DNA of 64,000 nt from Paraphysomonas bandaiensis (GCA_965644295.1 CBFFRP010000217.1:186001-250000); one strand, 5' to 3'; positions 25,586 through 37,824 are shown, counted from the stretch's first letter. Numbers and translations are program-made. The notes: generated by a model not told the origin, from the letters alone.

Positions 25586-27596
25586 ATCATTACTGCATCA
25601 TATGACTGTGTTCCTGTTCGATATTGTTACTTCTGTTCTCCGGCTGCACCATCACCAGTGCCGTTAATTGATATATGAAGGCAATCACATGGATATACAT
25701 ACATACATGCAGTACCTGTATACTGCTGTATACTGTGTATGCTGTATGACGACACACAGCTACAAGAGGGTATTAACAGCGAATCATATTACATCAATGC
25801 CGAAATAAGTAAATCTATTGGCCACTTCCTCTGTATTGTTGACTCTGTTGCATGCATGTGTATGTGTTAGCTATCTATATACTATGCAGCCAAGCAATGC
25901 GCATAGCTATGTATGTACTGCAGAGCAAATAGAGGACAAGGATTAAGAGATGAGACAGACCATAGGGATCCTTTATCTTTGTGTTTGAGCTGAGATACAG
26001 ACTCATAAAGAGTTCTGAGCTTAGCTCAAACACAGATAATATAATACAGTGGTCGTCTAATGAAGCCATCACTGTGCTCTCACTGCTATGCTCATACTAA
26101 TCAACAACACTGGATATGAATCTCGTGGTATGCTTACTATATATGTCCCATCGGGGTTCTCTTGTACATCATACCTACAGTTCCAAGCTCGCATATGATC
26201 CAACATGCCCTTCTCAAGACTATCCATCTCACTATCATCATAGGAGAAGCACCCTGGCCTGTTTGAACAATTGGGTATTGACCGATTGATATCTCCATAG
26301 TTAAAGTCTATTCTATTTTCACGATTTGAAATATTCTATGCATGCAGTATAGATTAAGGACTATATGACTGTATATGGTCATTCTGGCCACTATATATCA
26401 TTCCGATTTGAACATCAATGAGTAGAAAATATTCGGTGCTATATATTGTCGAAATCATATTGACGCTTACTGGTTATGCAGTGATAAGACAACCGAAATT
26501 CTGAGTAATATGTCATATGAGTATGTAGTATAAGTGATGTTGTAGCCATCGAGTTGCAATTGAAGCTAACTTCACTACGTTGAAGTGGTAAATTATAAAT
26601 TTACTAACTATATTTACCCACTACGTTATGTGATACTATGCGTAATGAATCTGGAGATGAATAATTGCTGTTATACTTATTGGAGATGAAACAAATTGTA
26701 GATAAGGAAATAATATAACACTGTCTGCTGAAATGAGTCCACGAAGAAGTTAGCAACCCGCTATCACCTTATTCGATTATATAACGTTTATATGAAAGTT
26801 TTAAAATGTGATAATACATTGTTGTCATGTCTATACAATACGAATTAATCATCGCTCAATGCTATCAGTTTCTTCAGCACTGTAAAAGTAGGGTGCTGGT
26901 TCAGTTTTTACCTCTTTTTGAATTTTTGGATGAGCACCATCGTAAGATTGTTATATGTTAGTTTCAATGTAATTTTATTACACGCTTCTTAACATATATG
27001 CATTATACTTCATACGTGTATACTGTAGGCTGTACATCTAATATCTAATTATGGCACAAGGAGAGTAATTTATGAATATGAGGGGGGATGTGTGAATCGT
27101 GCATTCCCAGCGAATATAGAAAGAAGTTTCCGGATAACATCTTGTATGGATTTTCACTTCGACTAACACATATCATGCTGGTGAAGCGAAAAGTTGGTTT
27201 GGTGTCAATTTGAATTACTTTTTTGTCGTCACTTAAACACTAAAACGATTTTTGTATAAAGTTCGTAATGATTGATAATACTTTAGTATTTTTAACACTT
27301 TATAGATTTGATTTAATGGACTCATCAACTCAGGGGAGGACTTCCTTCCTCCGTTTTTTAATAATACAGTATACAGTTGTGTGATAATATGCCCTTCTTT
27401 GTTATACTGGTTTAGGACTAGTTGGTGAAGATATCATCTTGAACTCTAATATTTGCACTTACAATTTTACCGCTAGGAAGGAAATACATACGGTAGTAAA
27501 ATTATATCCACTATAGATGATTATTCACAGCGAAAATATAGCGTAGTTATTAAAAGCGTCTAATTACTATATATACACCACTCAACCGCACTCTAC

Positions 27597-27929
27597 TCAT
27601 TCTTGCTTGTTTGTTTCTTTCTTCGCAGGTAGGGATTCGTCCGGTCTGGCTATACGACTCAATTTATAGTTGTCTATATCGAGCTCTCTCATTATCTTTT
27701 TGTGCTCCTCCTCTAAATCGAATTTACGGGTCGATACACTCTTAGATAGTTGATCACGAATTTCAAATTGCGTCGAGCTAAACTATTACACCCATTAAAC
27801 TAACAGTAATGTATACATATTGAGTGATTGCGCTCTCACCTTGCTTAAAAAAAATGATCCACCCACAACCACTAAGATAAAAGGGATGCCGGTCATAGCC
27901 ATATTCTTCTTCGAAATACCCGCACGCAT
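27597..27929 (-). CDS. COX16: Cytochrome c oxidase assembly protein COX16-like (2 exons; not in the ORF track)
   Basis: Spliced product MRAGISKKNMAMTGIPFILVVVGGSFFLSK|FSSTQFEIRDQ...FDLEEEHKKIMRELDIDNYKLSRIARPDE... fits the COX16 pattern GxPF..xVGGSFxL ... LEEE ... DxDxxxxxRxxRP. Confidence 0.8.
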
Positions 27930-28465
27930 CACTATGGAATGATTAAGGGAATATCTCTCGTTCTAGTTGATGATGTAGACTGTTATTTCGATATATATCG
28001 TTTAATGGAGGTTTCTATACATATATATAATCACAACACATACAGGAGCTTAGTAGGAATTCCTACCATCCTTTTGCTCCTCGGTTGATAGTGCAGTCTG
28101 CGTATAAACTACTGCAATAGAAATATAGAAATATAAGGATTTATACATTTCTAGAATTCTATGCATATAAAAATCGGTATTTCTTGATCATAAAATTACC
28201 CCACAAATATCGAAATTCAGTGTGAACTGTCAAGGATCGACCTGATGTCTATCCTGCTGCTCGTGATACTTCAAGAAGAATGTTTATGTCAGTGAGAACA
28301 AAAACGACTCGTCAGAGGTACGTATTAACATATGAAGATATGCGCTGAGACAGAAGCAACACAGATCGTTAGGTTCAGTTAATTGACAGCATCGGGCGGA
28401 CTATATACACGACACAAGAACACTACTAAAGAAGGAAGTTATCTATCTGTAACGATAAGAAAGAT

Positions 28466-28765
28466 ATGAGCTCAACATCAGCATCAGTTCCTCACAAAAC
28501 ATCTCGTCGAGACCCTCCTGAGACGAGGACTGGGAAGGTCATGGGAAGCGCCAAGCGGAACATAGTACGCCGCCACTCCAGAGGTGAATCTAGTAAGATG
28601 AAGAAAGATGCACTGGTTCAGGACGGCAGTCTTGACTACGATTATGCCATTGATAAGCATGATCCTAATTACTACGATGAGGTATGGCTTTCATCGTCAC
28701 TGCATGCTGCTATAAGTTAACACCGTTATTAGGGTGATGAAGGTGTGGACTACATTCCAGAGTAA
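28466..28765 (+). CDS. Small basic/acidic protein (~82 aa) resembling the PDCD4 N-terminal segment
   Basis: Exon 1 28466-28681, intron 28682-28732, exon 2 GDEGVDYIPE*. Contains RRHSRG..KMKK and AIDKHDPNYYDE. Confidence 0.55.
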
Positions 28766-30259
28766 GTCTATTTCGACAATGGTGAGTTTTTGGTGATTGT
28801 TAGTACATTTTTGATAATTGTACAGGGCTTCTCACTGCCCCACACCAGCATTCACTCCCGGAGGTCAAAATATAAATAGAAACATACCATATAATATTAC
28901 GACAGTTTGTACGTGGTGTGTGACACAATAGTTAATCAAATTGTATAGCGCATTAATATCGACATGTAATTCTCCTGCGGACAGTGGCTGGTAAATTGGT
29001 CACAACCACATTTAATTAAGATTGAAAATATATAATATCTCATCTTTGATATGTGTGTGGGACGAAACGCATGTAGTTGAATTAAATGAACGTTTGTGAC
29101 AAGGTCGAGCCAGGTTCGAATCTTTGAGTTGTAAAGCTCTATTCGAATGAGCCAGTTTTCACCTAGTTAATAATATTGTTGACATTTACCATATTATAGA
29201 TTGCAACAGATTTAGTATATTGGAACGATATATGCACAATACTAAGCCATAGACCTTTGCAAAATCAGAACATTAGATTTATATTTACGAAACCACAAAA
29301 ATAGTACTATATACCATATACTTTAATTACTACTAAAAATTGGAATAAGAGAAATCTCTCATGGAATTACCACTTAGAGTATGTATAAAAGCTCTCTACT
29401 TTGTGCGTTGTATGCTATGGCATACAACATACAGCACTGGGTATTTTTGAGATTAATGAGTGGAAAAAAGGCTGGTTTAAATCGACTTATAAACAACAAA
29501 ACTTATTATAATATAGAGCCTCTATCCTATATATTCACCATCAGCTGGTACTGTTATAAATACATGTTTGTCAAATATAAATTATAGCTTAATGACGTTT
29601 TAAGTAATATCCTACTAGAGCAACTCGTCGAAATATATACCTTAAGTTCTAAGATAAAAGCATGCAATAAACAATAAAGCATGCATATTAGTACTATCGC
29701 CAATACTGTCAACTAATATATGTTCACACATATAGTTGCGTGAGAAGAATATGAAAAGTTTATATGTACTATTGATGTCAACACAAAGTACTTCATTTGA
29801 TTGTTGAAAAGTGTTGAGTAGTCGTTCGTCGTACGATCCCCATGTAATAGTATTGCTCAAGTAATAGTACTAGTGTTAAGTACTCGCAAGACTAACTATA
29901 GTGTCTAGGGCTTGTATAGGATGAATTTGAGCAATTTTTGAATTTGCCGTAAGCCGTAAAAATACAGAAACAAACACTTAGGCATGCGTTACTTACTACT
30001 TACTGATACACTGATACAACTTTTAGAGGTATATAACTGATGATATAACCAATTCACTGCACTGGAACAGGTGTGGAATATTACCATAAGAGGTGTGGAA
30101 GTTAGATAATTAAAGAGGCAATAGTTGGTGTAGTTCAGCAAGACGCTGCTTGGCGAAAATCTCGAGAGTGACGATATATATTATTACACGTATCAGCATC
30201 TAAATTCATCAACTCCGACTCCCTATAATGTAAATACTACCAGGAACAGACGTTCAGTA

Positions 30260-30562
30260 TCACTTTCCTTTCCGCTTAAAAAGGGAGAGCTGGTAGAGTA
30301 CTCCACTCTTCTGTTGCTTCGATGTCTGCATACCAAAATCAGGATACGATAGCACTGCATATTTCAAGTTACATACCTTGTCGTAGTCATTCATACATAT
30401 ATTCAACATTCTAGAAACATGAGGGGACACCTCAGAGTCCTTTCCACATTTCAATGCTTCCAGATATGCGGCAAACTCTCCCTTGCATGGTAAAAACTTT
30501 TCTTTCCGCGTAACCTTTGCAATCCGAAGGTCCTTCGGTGTGATTACCCTCCGAAAAGACAT
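30260..30562 (-). CDS. Small basic protein, mitoribosomal mS37 (MRP10/CHCHD1)-like
   Basis: MSFRRVITPKDLRIAKVTRKEKFLPCKGEFAAYLEAL...LNICMNDYDK|TSKQQKSGVLYQLSLFKRKGK resembles the PCxxE..L...LxxCM...YxL pattern. One intron, ~30328-30376. Confidence 0.55.
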   Translation of the reverse strand: MSFRRVITPKDLRIAKVTRKEKFLPCKGEFAAYLEALKCGKDSEVSPHVSRMLNICMNDYDKVCNLKYAVLSYPDFGMQTSKQQKSGVLYQLSLFKRKGK

Positions 30563-30668
30563 TTTATTGAGAGGAGTATATCGATCAGGGCAATGTGAGG
30601 AATGAGTTACTTCTAAGCTGTGTGTATGGTGTATATGGTGGTTGTTTGTGTAATATACGGCGGTACAC

Positions 30669-30778
30669 CATACACATACATACATACATACATACATACA
30701 TACATACATACATACATACATACATACATACATACATACATACATACATACATACATACATACATACATACATACATG
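30669..30778. repeat. (TACA)n microsatellite, left flank of the transposon
   Basis: Read directly. Confidence 0.95.
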
Positions 30779-30990
30779 TATATTGTGAGGGAGAGCGGGT
30801 GTGAAAAAAACTTTTTTTTCTCTCTTCTTCAATCTTCTTTGATCGCGATTACAAAACTTGCTCACCTACATTAAACAGTACCATAAACCCACAATTACCA
30901 TGATAAGCACTGCAAATCAAGGTGATTTCTTCTACAATGTGTTGAAGCAACCTTCTCTCACATGTTTGTCATTCGCAGCACCATATTTAC

Positions 30991-32021
30991 ATGTATTCCG
31001 AGGCTTTCCGTCTTTTAATTTTGGATGTGTTTGATCACTCTCTGGAAATCACAAATTCTGTGGCCGCATCACTAGATCATATATACGAGAAATACGATGT
31101 GTCCCAAAGCACAGTTAGAAGGTGGTTGGACAAATATCTGGACACTGGATCAGTTAAACCAGAGTCTTCACACCATTCGCACCACACTGTCATTTCACTC
31201 GAGCATATCAATTTTGTTAAAGAGTTGCTGGCAGAAAATTCAACTTATTCCAACGAAGAATTATGCGAAAAGGTTTTTAATGTGTACGGCGTGGCGTACT
31301 TGGAGCACCAAATGAAGCATGCCATGAACACTGAGGGCTATACCGTAAAAGTTTGTCAAAGAATTTCCCACAACAGAAATGAGGGCTTGAGGCGTTACTA
31401 TAAGAATAATTTGGCCCGATCATTGGATGAAATTCCAGCTCGCTGCTATGCTGTTGTGGACGAATCACATCTCCAGCCGGCAGAAGTTCTACGCCGATAT
31501 GGGCGTTCACCACATGGCTACCCTGCCTTCGTGAGTGGTGATGTTATAGGCCACTTCAATCCCCAAGTTAGTTGTTGTGCCATTGCTGCAATGTCTATCG
31601 AAGGAGTTTTTGCTGTTACTGTACACGAAGAAAATGTTGATCATAATACATTTCTAGATGCCCTAGAACATGACATCTTTCCCCACATGAACCCTTTTCC
31701 TGGGGATCGCAGTGTGCTGCTCATGGATAATGCTTCGACGCACGTGAAGATAGATATTTATAATATGTGTGCAGAATTCGGCGTGATGGTTGTGTTTCTC
31801 CCCCTTATTCTTATGATTTTTCACCAATTGAACCCGTATTTCATCTTGCCAAAGCGCACATTAGAAAGAAGTGGGGAATTATGTACGCATATAAACCACT
31901 TGCAGCTCAACTACATGAAGCTTTGTGGTCATGCTGTACTGCCGAAACTGCGTGCAATTTATTCAATCGAGTGGATATTACCGTTACTTGGAAAGAACAG
32001 TGCGAAGCCTGTAACTATTGA
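30991..32021 (+). CDS. IS630/Tc1-like DD34E transposase (~343 aa), interrupted by a 1-nt frameshift
   Basis: HTH 'YDVSQSTVRRWL', D1 'AVVDES', D2 'LLMDNASTH', E in 'FLP/PYSYDFSPIEPVF'. Adding one C to the C-run at 31800-31804 joins ORF 30991 to ORF 31767-32021 and gives exactly 34 residues between D2 and E. Confidence 0.9.
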
Positions 32022-32232
32022 TCATTTGCAGATTATACTCTATACTCTACTCACTAGTTACTAATATAGATGTACTGATGATTGAATGTGATATGCTTGC
32101 TACTACTTCGTGATAGAATATGATTAATTATACGCAATAGATTCAAGTAATATTAATAAATCAAAAAAACAAAATTTTGAAAAGTTTGTGGAGAATTTAA
32201 AATATCAGTTCATACAGTTGCATACTAAGAAG

Positions 32233-33265
32233 CAGGGATAGGGAACAATATATTGTATTGCAATATATTGTACAATATATTGCAATATATTGTAAAATAT
32301 ATTGATTGGTGGACTGGTCAAATATTCCATCAATAGTGTTTCTGTTAATAGAGCTCACAATACTATTGCAATATATTGCAATCAATATTATGATAGTCAT
32401 ATAAGAGAAGATCCTCAACTGTATGGTGCAAAATATACGCCTCTGTATACAAATATCCGGAAAATAAGAAAAAAAGCCTATTTTTGATGTTATTTTCTAT
32501 TTTTTATGTATCGCCAGCTCAAACAGCACTCTACACCTCTCCACATGTATGTACAGTACTTCTCTTAATATAGTATATATATCCTATAGTGACAAGAAGA
32601 GACAACTGAAGAATTGGACTTGACAAGATCTGAGAAAGATGCTGTTAGAATATATCTCCGTTCAGACAGTGATTATTGCAACAATACAGAGGATGATGAA
32701 GCTGAAGTTGGCTATGCGGAAAAAATTCTTCAATCAGCTCAAAAACTTAAGAAGCGAAAAGTTGAAATATCTAAGTACAGGTGCACGAGTCATGTAGTAT
32801 GTACTTCCAATACGTGTGAACGCCTGTTCAGCGCAGCAAAACTGATTATATCAGTGTTGCGCAAACGTATGCATCCTACTACACTTAATATGCTGTTGTT
32901 TCTGAAAGCTAACCGACAGTTGTGGCCGGATGCAAGCATATTTCAATCAATATTGAATGAATATGGTGATGATGATGTCACCGATGATGGCTCAGAGGAT
33001 GAGTATGAGGAAACTTTTAATTAGTTAAGAGTAGTGGGTTTGATTATCAAGTGACCTTAGACCTTATAAAATATGGCAAGTACTAAAAATGAAAACTACG
33101 GATGTGTTTACTTACTGATTAGTCATACTAATATATTGCAATATATTGTACAATATATTGCAATATATTGCAATAGTATTGTAGGGCCGGTTTAAAAAAT
33201 CCATCAATACTATTGATGGAACGCTACCTAACAATAGTATTGCAATATATTGTTCCCTATCCCTG
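32233..33265 (+). mobile_element. Non-autonomous hAT element (1033 bp) nested in the Tc1-like transposon
   Basis: 23-bp TIR CAGGGATAGGGAACAATATATTG. Perfect 8-bp TSD CTAAGAAG (32225-32232 and 33266-33273). Subterminal TTGCAATATATTG repeats. Internal hAT C-terminal fragment. Confidence 0.93.
32614..33024 (+). pseudogene. hAT transposase C-terminal dimerisation-domain fragment
   Basis: SKYRCTSHVVCTSNTCERLFSAAKLIISVLRKRMHPTTLNMLLFLKAN; the DDE core is missing. Confidence 0.85.
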
Positions 33266-33463
33266 CTAAGAAGAAAAAAGAAAATCGGTTAGTGAGTCTA
33301 AACCTAAATTTCGATGCATCGGAGCGTATGTGTTAAATTCATCCAAAAATTACCAAGATTCGAAATAAATAATAAATGAGACCCGGCAGATAACGATTGA
33401 CTGCAATCTGTTCTATTTAGTAAGGGTCGGCAGGATAAGGAATTTCATACTCGGCCTCATATG

Positions 33464-35119
33464 CTATCCACTCACCCCTCTCATCCTTTCGCATTCCTTC
33501 TCCCCAGGCAAATCGCTGTTGGCGATAACGCGATGCATAATCAAAATCCCTGTGGCCGTGGTAATATTCTGGCGGGTAGCCATACAGCATGTGATGCGGA
33601 TAATGCCGAGGAGCAGATCCCTGTGGGTAATACGGAGGAAGCTGCTGCTGAAAAGGAAAACCCCCAGTTGGATAAATAGGAGGGGGTATACCCCGTAGGG
33701 CGATGGTCCACAGTCTGGTGGAAGGGGAAAAGGGACACCAAAAGAAGGGCCACTACTTCCAGCAGGGGGAACACCAATTGGGATAGGCCAACCTTGTGCT
33801 GGAACACCTGGAGGAGCTGGTAGAGCAGGGGGCGGTGGTGGTGGCGGGTGTGGTCCTATTCGAACCGACGAGAATATGATATTTTCACGGGCTGCAGGTA
33901 TTGGCTTATTACCCCCCTTGAGGTCACTATATTTTGGGAAGTCTTGACCCATCCAATCCAACTTGAGAACCCATGTATCGAGTGTCGGGTCATACTCCAA
34001 CGGGTCTTCAGCTGCACGTTCTTCACCTTCTAGGGTACTAAAGTATTCACATAAGTATGTTCTTAACTGCGAGTAGCTCTTTACTTTCTTGCCCTCGGGA
34101 AGCTCGAGTAGATCTTTCAATTTGCTATCAGAAATCAAATCTTTCTTGCTCCAAGCTTTGGCACGACATCGCTCGATATGCAAGCGATTCCTTTGTGCTT
34201 CCAAATGACTCGATGTGTCCGCCGCATCATGTTCACTGGCGGTTGAAAGCTTAAGACCTGATTGACCACCGTGACCAAATCCTCTCTGCTTGCGGATACC
34301 ACTTTGCATACTTTTTGGAGGATTAAGCTCGAAGAGTCTTTGACCCTCTTCACTGCACTCGGTCATGGCTTCTTTCATTGCCGGTGACCAGTACGTGTTC
34401 ATATCATTTCCTGGACGATGATTCAGGCCAACTTTGAAATATTTTGAGTGCATGTATTTACAGAGGGGAAGATCATTCTGTTTATGTTTAACAAGCGCAA
34501 GGGAAGAATCAACAAAGCTGAGCTGTCTCTGTAGTATCACATCGTCTGGGCAATTTTGGAACGGGACACCAGCAATCACCACATAGTGGGAAGCGTTTTC
34601 CCGACAACACTTCCTATCGTGATCTGTCTGGCGTCTAGTGGGAAGTAACGGTATGTCCAATTCTCCATCGGGAGGGATCATGTGGAAATTACCAATGATA
34701 CCAGAACTTGTTGCAGTTCGAACAGTAATACCTCTGCTGAAGTCTATCCTGAGTTGGTCGTTGAAGTCTGATAGTGGTGGCAATAACTTTTGATTATACG
34801 CTTGCCTCGCTACGCCCTCAACGAGTGCATGCAAGAATGCATGACCTTTGACACGCCAGATATTACTATCGTCTTCAAAAAGATTACCTCCTGGAATCTA
34901 AAAAAAATGTTATATTAAAACATCTTTAGCAGTAATTGCAGTAATTCTCACCCAAATCGTTAATTGGTCTGTCGAAGAAGTTAACTCGGACCGATTTACA
35001 GAGAATGCCTGTGCTTCCTCTCGAAATTTAGTCAAAGCGACAATTTTTACTCGCACCCACAGACCTTCTTCTATTTCAGAGTTTTGGCTGTCTGATGACA
35101 TGCTGCGAATGACAAACAT
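33464..35119 (-). CDS. Transposon-borne orphan protein (~527-533 aa, 2 exons, Pro-rich segment)
   Basis: Exon 1 35119 (or 35101)-34952. A 54-nt GTGAGA...TTTTTTAG intron (34951-34898) joins it in frame (TIW|IPGGNLFEDD...FLHALVEG) to ORF 33464-34834. No domain recognised. Confidence 0.7.
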
Positions 35120-35300
35120 GTGAGAGAAGGTTGCTTCAACACATTGTAGAAGAAATCACCTTGATTTGCAGTGCTTATCATGGTAATTGTGGGTTTATGG
35201 TACTGTTTAATGTAGGTGAGCAAGTTTTGTAATCGCGATCAAAGAAGATTGAAGAAGAGAGAAAAAAAAGTTTTTTTCACACCCGCTCTCCCTCACAATA

Positions 35301-35583
35301 CATACCTACATACCTACATACATACATACATACATACATACATACATACATACATACATACATACATACATACATACATACATACATACATACATACATA
35401 CATACATACATACATACATACATACATACATACATACATACATACATACATACATACATACATACATACCTACATACATACATACATACATACATACATA
35501 CCTACATACATACATACCTACATACATACATACATACATACATACATACATACATACATACATACATACATACATACATACAT
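35301..35583. repeat. (TACA)n microsatellite with TACC variants, right flank of the transposon
   Basis: Read directly; same orientation as the left tract. Confidence 0.95.
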
Positions 35584-35822
35584 CACATGACATCTTTGTG
35601 TTGTAGAGCAGTATACAGCAGTATACATCATAATACCACGTATACTACAACTAATTCCTGGATAATTCTGACGTTACTGTTATACATCACACGTATAAGC
35701 CGTATACAGTACCGTATACGGCTGTATATCTCAGTAGCAGTTAGTCGTCTGTTGAGCTGTGTGATTATGTATATATACGACGAGCCTCATATAGAAACAC
35801 TCGACTAACACACTCTGACAGC

Positions 35823-37824
35823 ATGTCTTTTGTTCGAAAGAAGTATGTTACTCCAGGACACAGTGCACAGAATCCACAGCGTGGTGATCACGGAGAGGTC
35901 GAAGAAGAGGAAGGTGCAGATGAGGACTACAGAGTTAAACAGACTGAAACTATACAGTTCCTGTTAGGCCTGCTGGAGAAGGTACACGTCCTTATGAGAC
36001 AGAGGTAGAGTTGTGTGATGATAGATTTATACAGGCAGCAGCAGAGAGAGACCAGCATCTGTCGGAGATATCTGATCTTAAATCATCTCTTCAGAGGGTG
36101 TGTGTTCAGCATATGTATACATGTCACTCATACACTGCATAGTTAAGTCGAAAAAGTGAGCTTGAAGAAAAGGCATTTAGACGGGTTCTTACAGAGGAGC
36201 GAGCTAGATTTGATAAGAGGGTTCTGAGGAATAAGAACATGATACAGCGAAGGTAAAGCCATTGCCTTAATATATGATAAACCTCACAAAAATGGGACAG
36301 GGACGAACTATTATGTGAATGGGCGGAGATTGGGGTCAGGGTAGGGATGGATGGGGATAATAGAGTAACTCAAGTTCTTCAGAAGTACGTTTCATTCAAT
36401 ATACTTTTCATACTTACGAGTTTCTGCATCTTCAATGCAGAACCTGTGAGCTACTTCCATCTGCACGGAGTAAATCTACCAAGCATTTCCTGTGAGTACT
36501 GCAATTTTGTATTCTTGTTGTGATTTGGTCATTGTTCTGTATAACATATAGCATGTCATGTACATAGCAATGGGTTGATTTATGCGCTTGTAGTCGTACG
36601 ATCCAAGAAGAGGAGGAGGAGGAAGAAGAATATAGTGAAGGGGAGTCCAGTGAACATGTCCAGAGTACCAATCAAGAAACTCGAGATGTAACGTCCGACA
36701 GAGCACATCTATCTCACCAATCTCCTTCGTTGCATCCCTCCACGAACTCTCTTGCTGCACCAGCCGACGAGAGACATCACCCTGGAGATGCATCAGTGTC
36801 ATTGGGTATGCCATCCATTTCCCTGGATGCCAGCTCCGTCAACAGCCATAGCAAGGATCACGATCACGAAAGTATCAGTATGGGATTGGGGAGCCTCTTG
36901 AACCTTCACGACCCGGCCACCACAGAACAACAATCCGAGCAAACTCCTTCCAACAAGCAGAATCAGCACCCGGCTTCAACTTCCTTGTACCATATATCAT
37001 CTACCTCGAACGCTACTGCATCAACCACGAGTAAAGTCAAAGGAAAGGGAGGAAAAGGCGCTAAGAAGCCTAAAAAAAGGGGAATAGTTGGGTCTTCGTC
37101 CCAATCTGACGTCCAGTCTTCATCACCATCGCGCTCTAAATATGTATGATATGACACGAATGTTGCTGGCTACACTTTCTATACTTCTGCATATCATTGC
37201 CATGTTGTCGTCGTGTATATATGTGCGCACATCGTTATATCCTGTAATGATGAATGTATTTAGAGTGAGGTGTCGGCTGCGCTTGGGGTGTCGTCGACAG
37301 GCATAAGTGGTATCAAGGATGCTGGATACACTGTTGTTGAGAGTACCAGCTCCGTGGATTCTACCCACAAGAACAAAAAATACTGGTACAATAAAGCGGC
37401 ATGCATTTACATGTTGTGGTTGTGATGGGATAAAACGTGTATGCCGTGTAATTACCTGATATTTGTATGGATGTACAGGTGGGACCACCTGGTTGACGGT
37501 GACTCCGTAAAAGGTAAGGGAAGTATAATGATGTATATTGTGTGAGGTGGTGTACTTTTGGATTTTACTTTGTGATACCATGGTGTATACTTCTTCATAT
37601 ATACCGACTGTAGTTAATTATTTCTTATCTGTATGGGAGCAGATAAGGTAGCCGATGAACTCATTCTGGGTAGCGGGCTGGATGGAGAAGAAGAGGAGTA
37701 TCGACGAGAGGCAGCTGATGATGCTGCTGAGAGGGCTGCCGAAGAGGACGCTGTTTCTGGTGACGGAAGCAAGAGTATAATATCACTTTTACCAGACGAT
37801 TATGAGCTCAGCGAGTCCATGTAG
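35823..37824 (+). CDS. Hypothetical multi-exon protein with N-terminal coiled coil and low-complexity acidic/Ser-rich regions
   Basis: Exons splice in frame: ...LLGLLEK|AAAERDQHLSEISDLKSSLQR|LSRKSELEEKAF...|RDELL...|TCELL...|RTIQEEEE... into ORF 36730-37149. Continuation to the last ORF (37633-37824) was not fully resolved. Confidence 0.6.

Larger units (their letters stand above)
30783..35298 (+). mobile_element. IS630/Tc1/mariner-superfamily DNA transposon (4516 bp) with 198-bp TIRs, TA target duplication, two convergent genes and a nested hAT element
   Basis: 30783-30980 (TTGTGAGGGAGAGCGGG...ATTCGCAGCA) is the reverse complement of 35101-35298. TA at 30781-30782 and at 35299-35300. Contains a DD34E transposase. 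Confidence 0.93.

Noticed and set aside
25875-26420. Possible small multi-exon gene (GT/AG-bounded blocks on the + strand)
   Set aside because: I could not assemble a consistent open frame or recognise a product.
29060-29135. tRNA or tRNA-derived SINE (GGTTCGAATC B-box)
   Set aside because: No acceptor stem, cloverleaf or convincing A-box.
33461-33679. 72-aa plus-strand ORF antisense to the ORF2 3' end
   Set aside because: Short, with no motif or clear start context; treated as a shadow ORF, although the ORF2 C-terminus is itself uncertain.
33464-35119. ORF2 as Fanzor/TnpB nuclease
   Set aside because: No RuvC I/II/III motifs or CxxC zinc ribbon are visible, and no omegaRNA-like region at the element end is evident; kept as an orphan.
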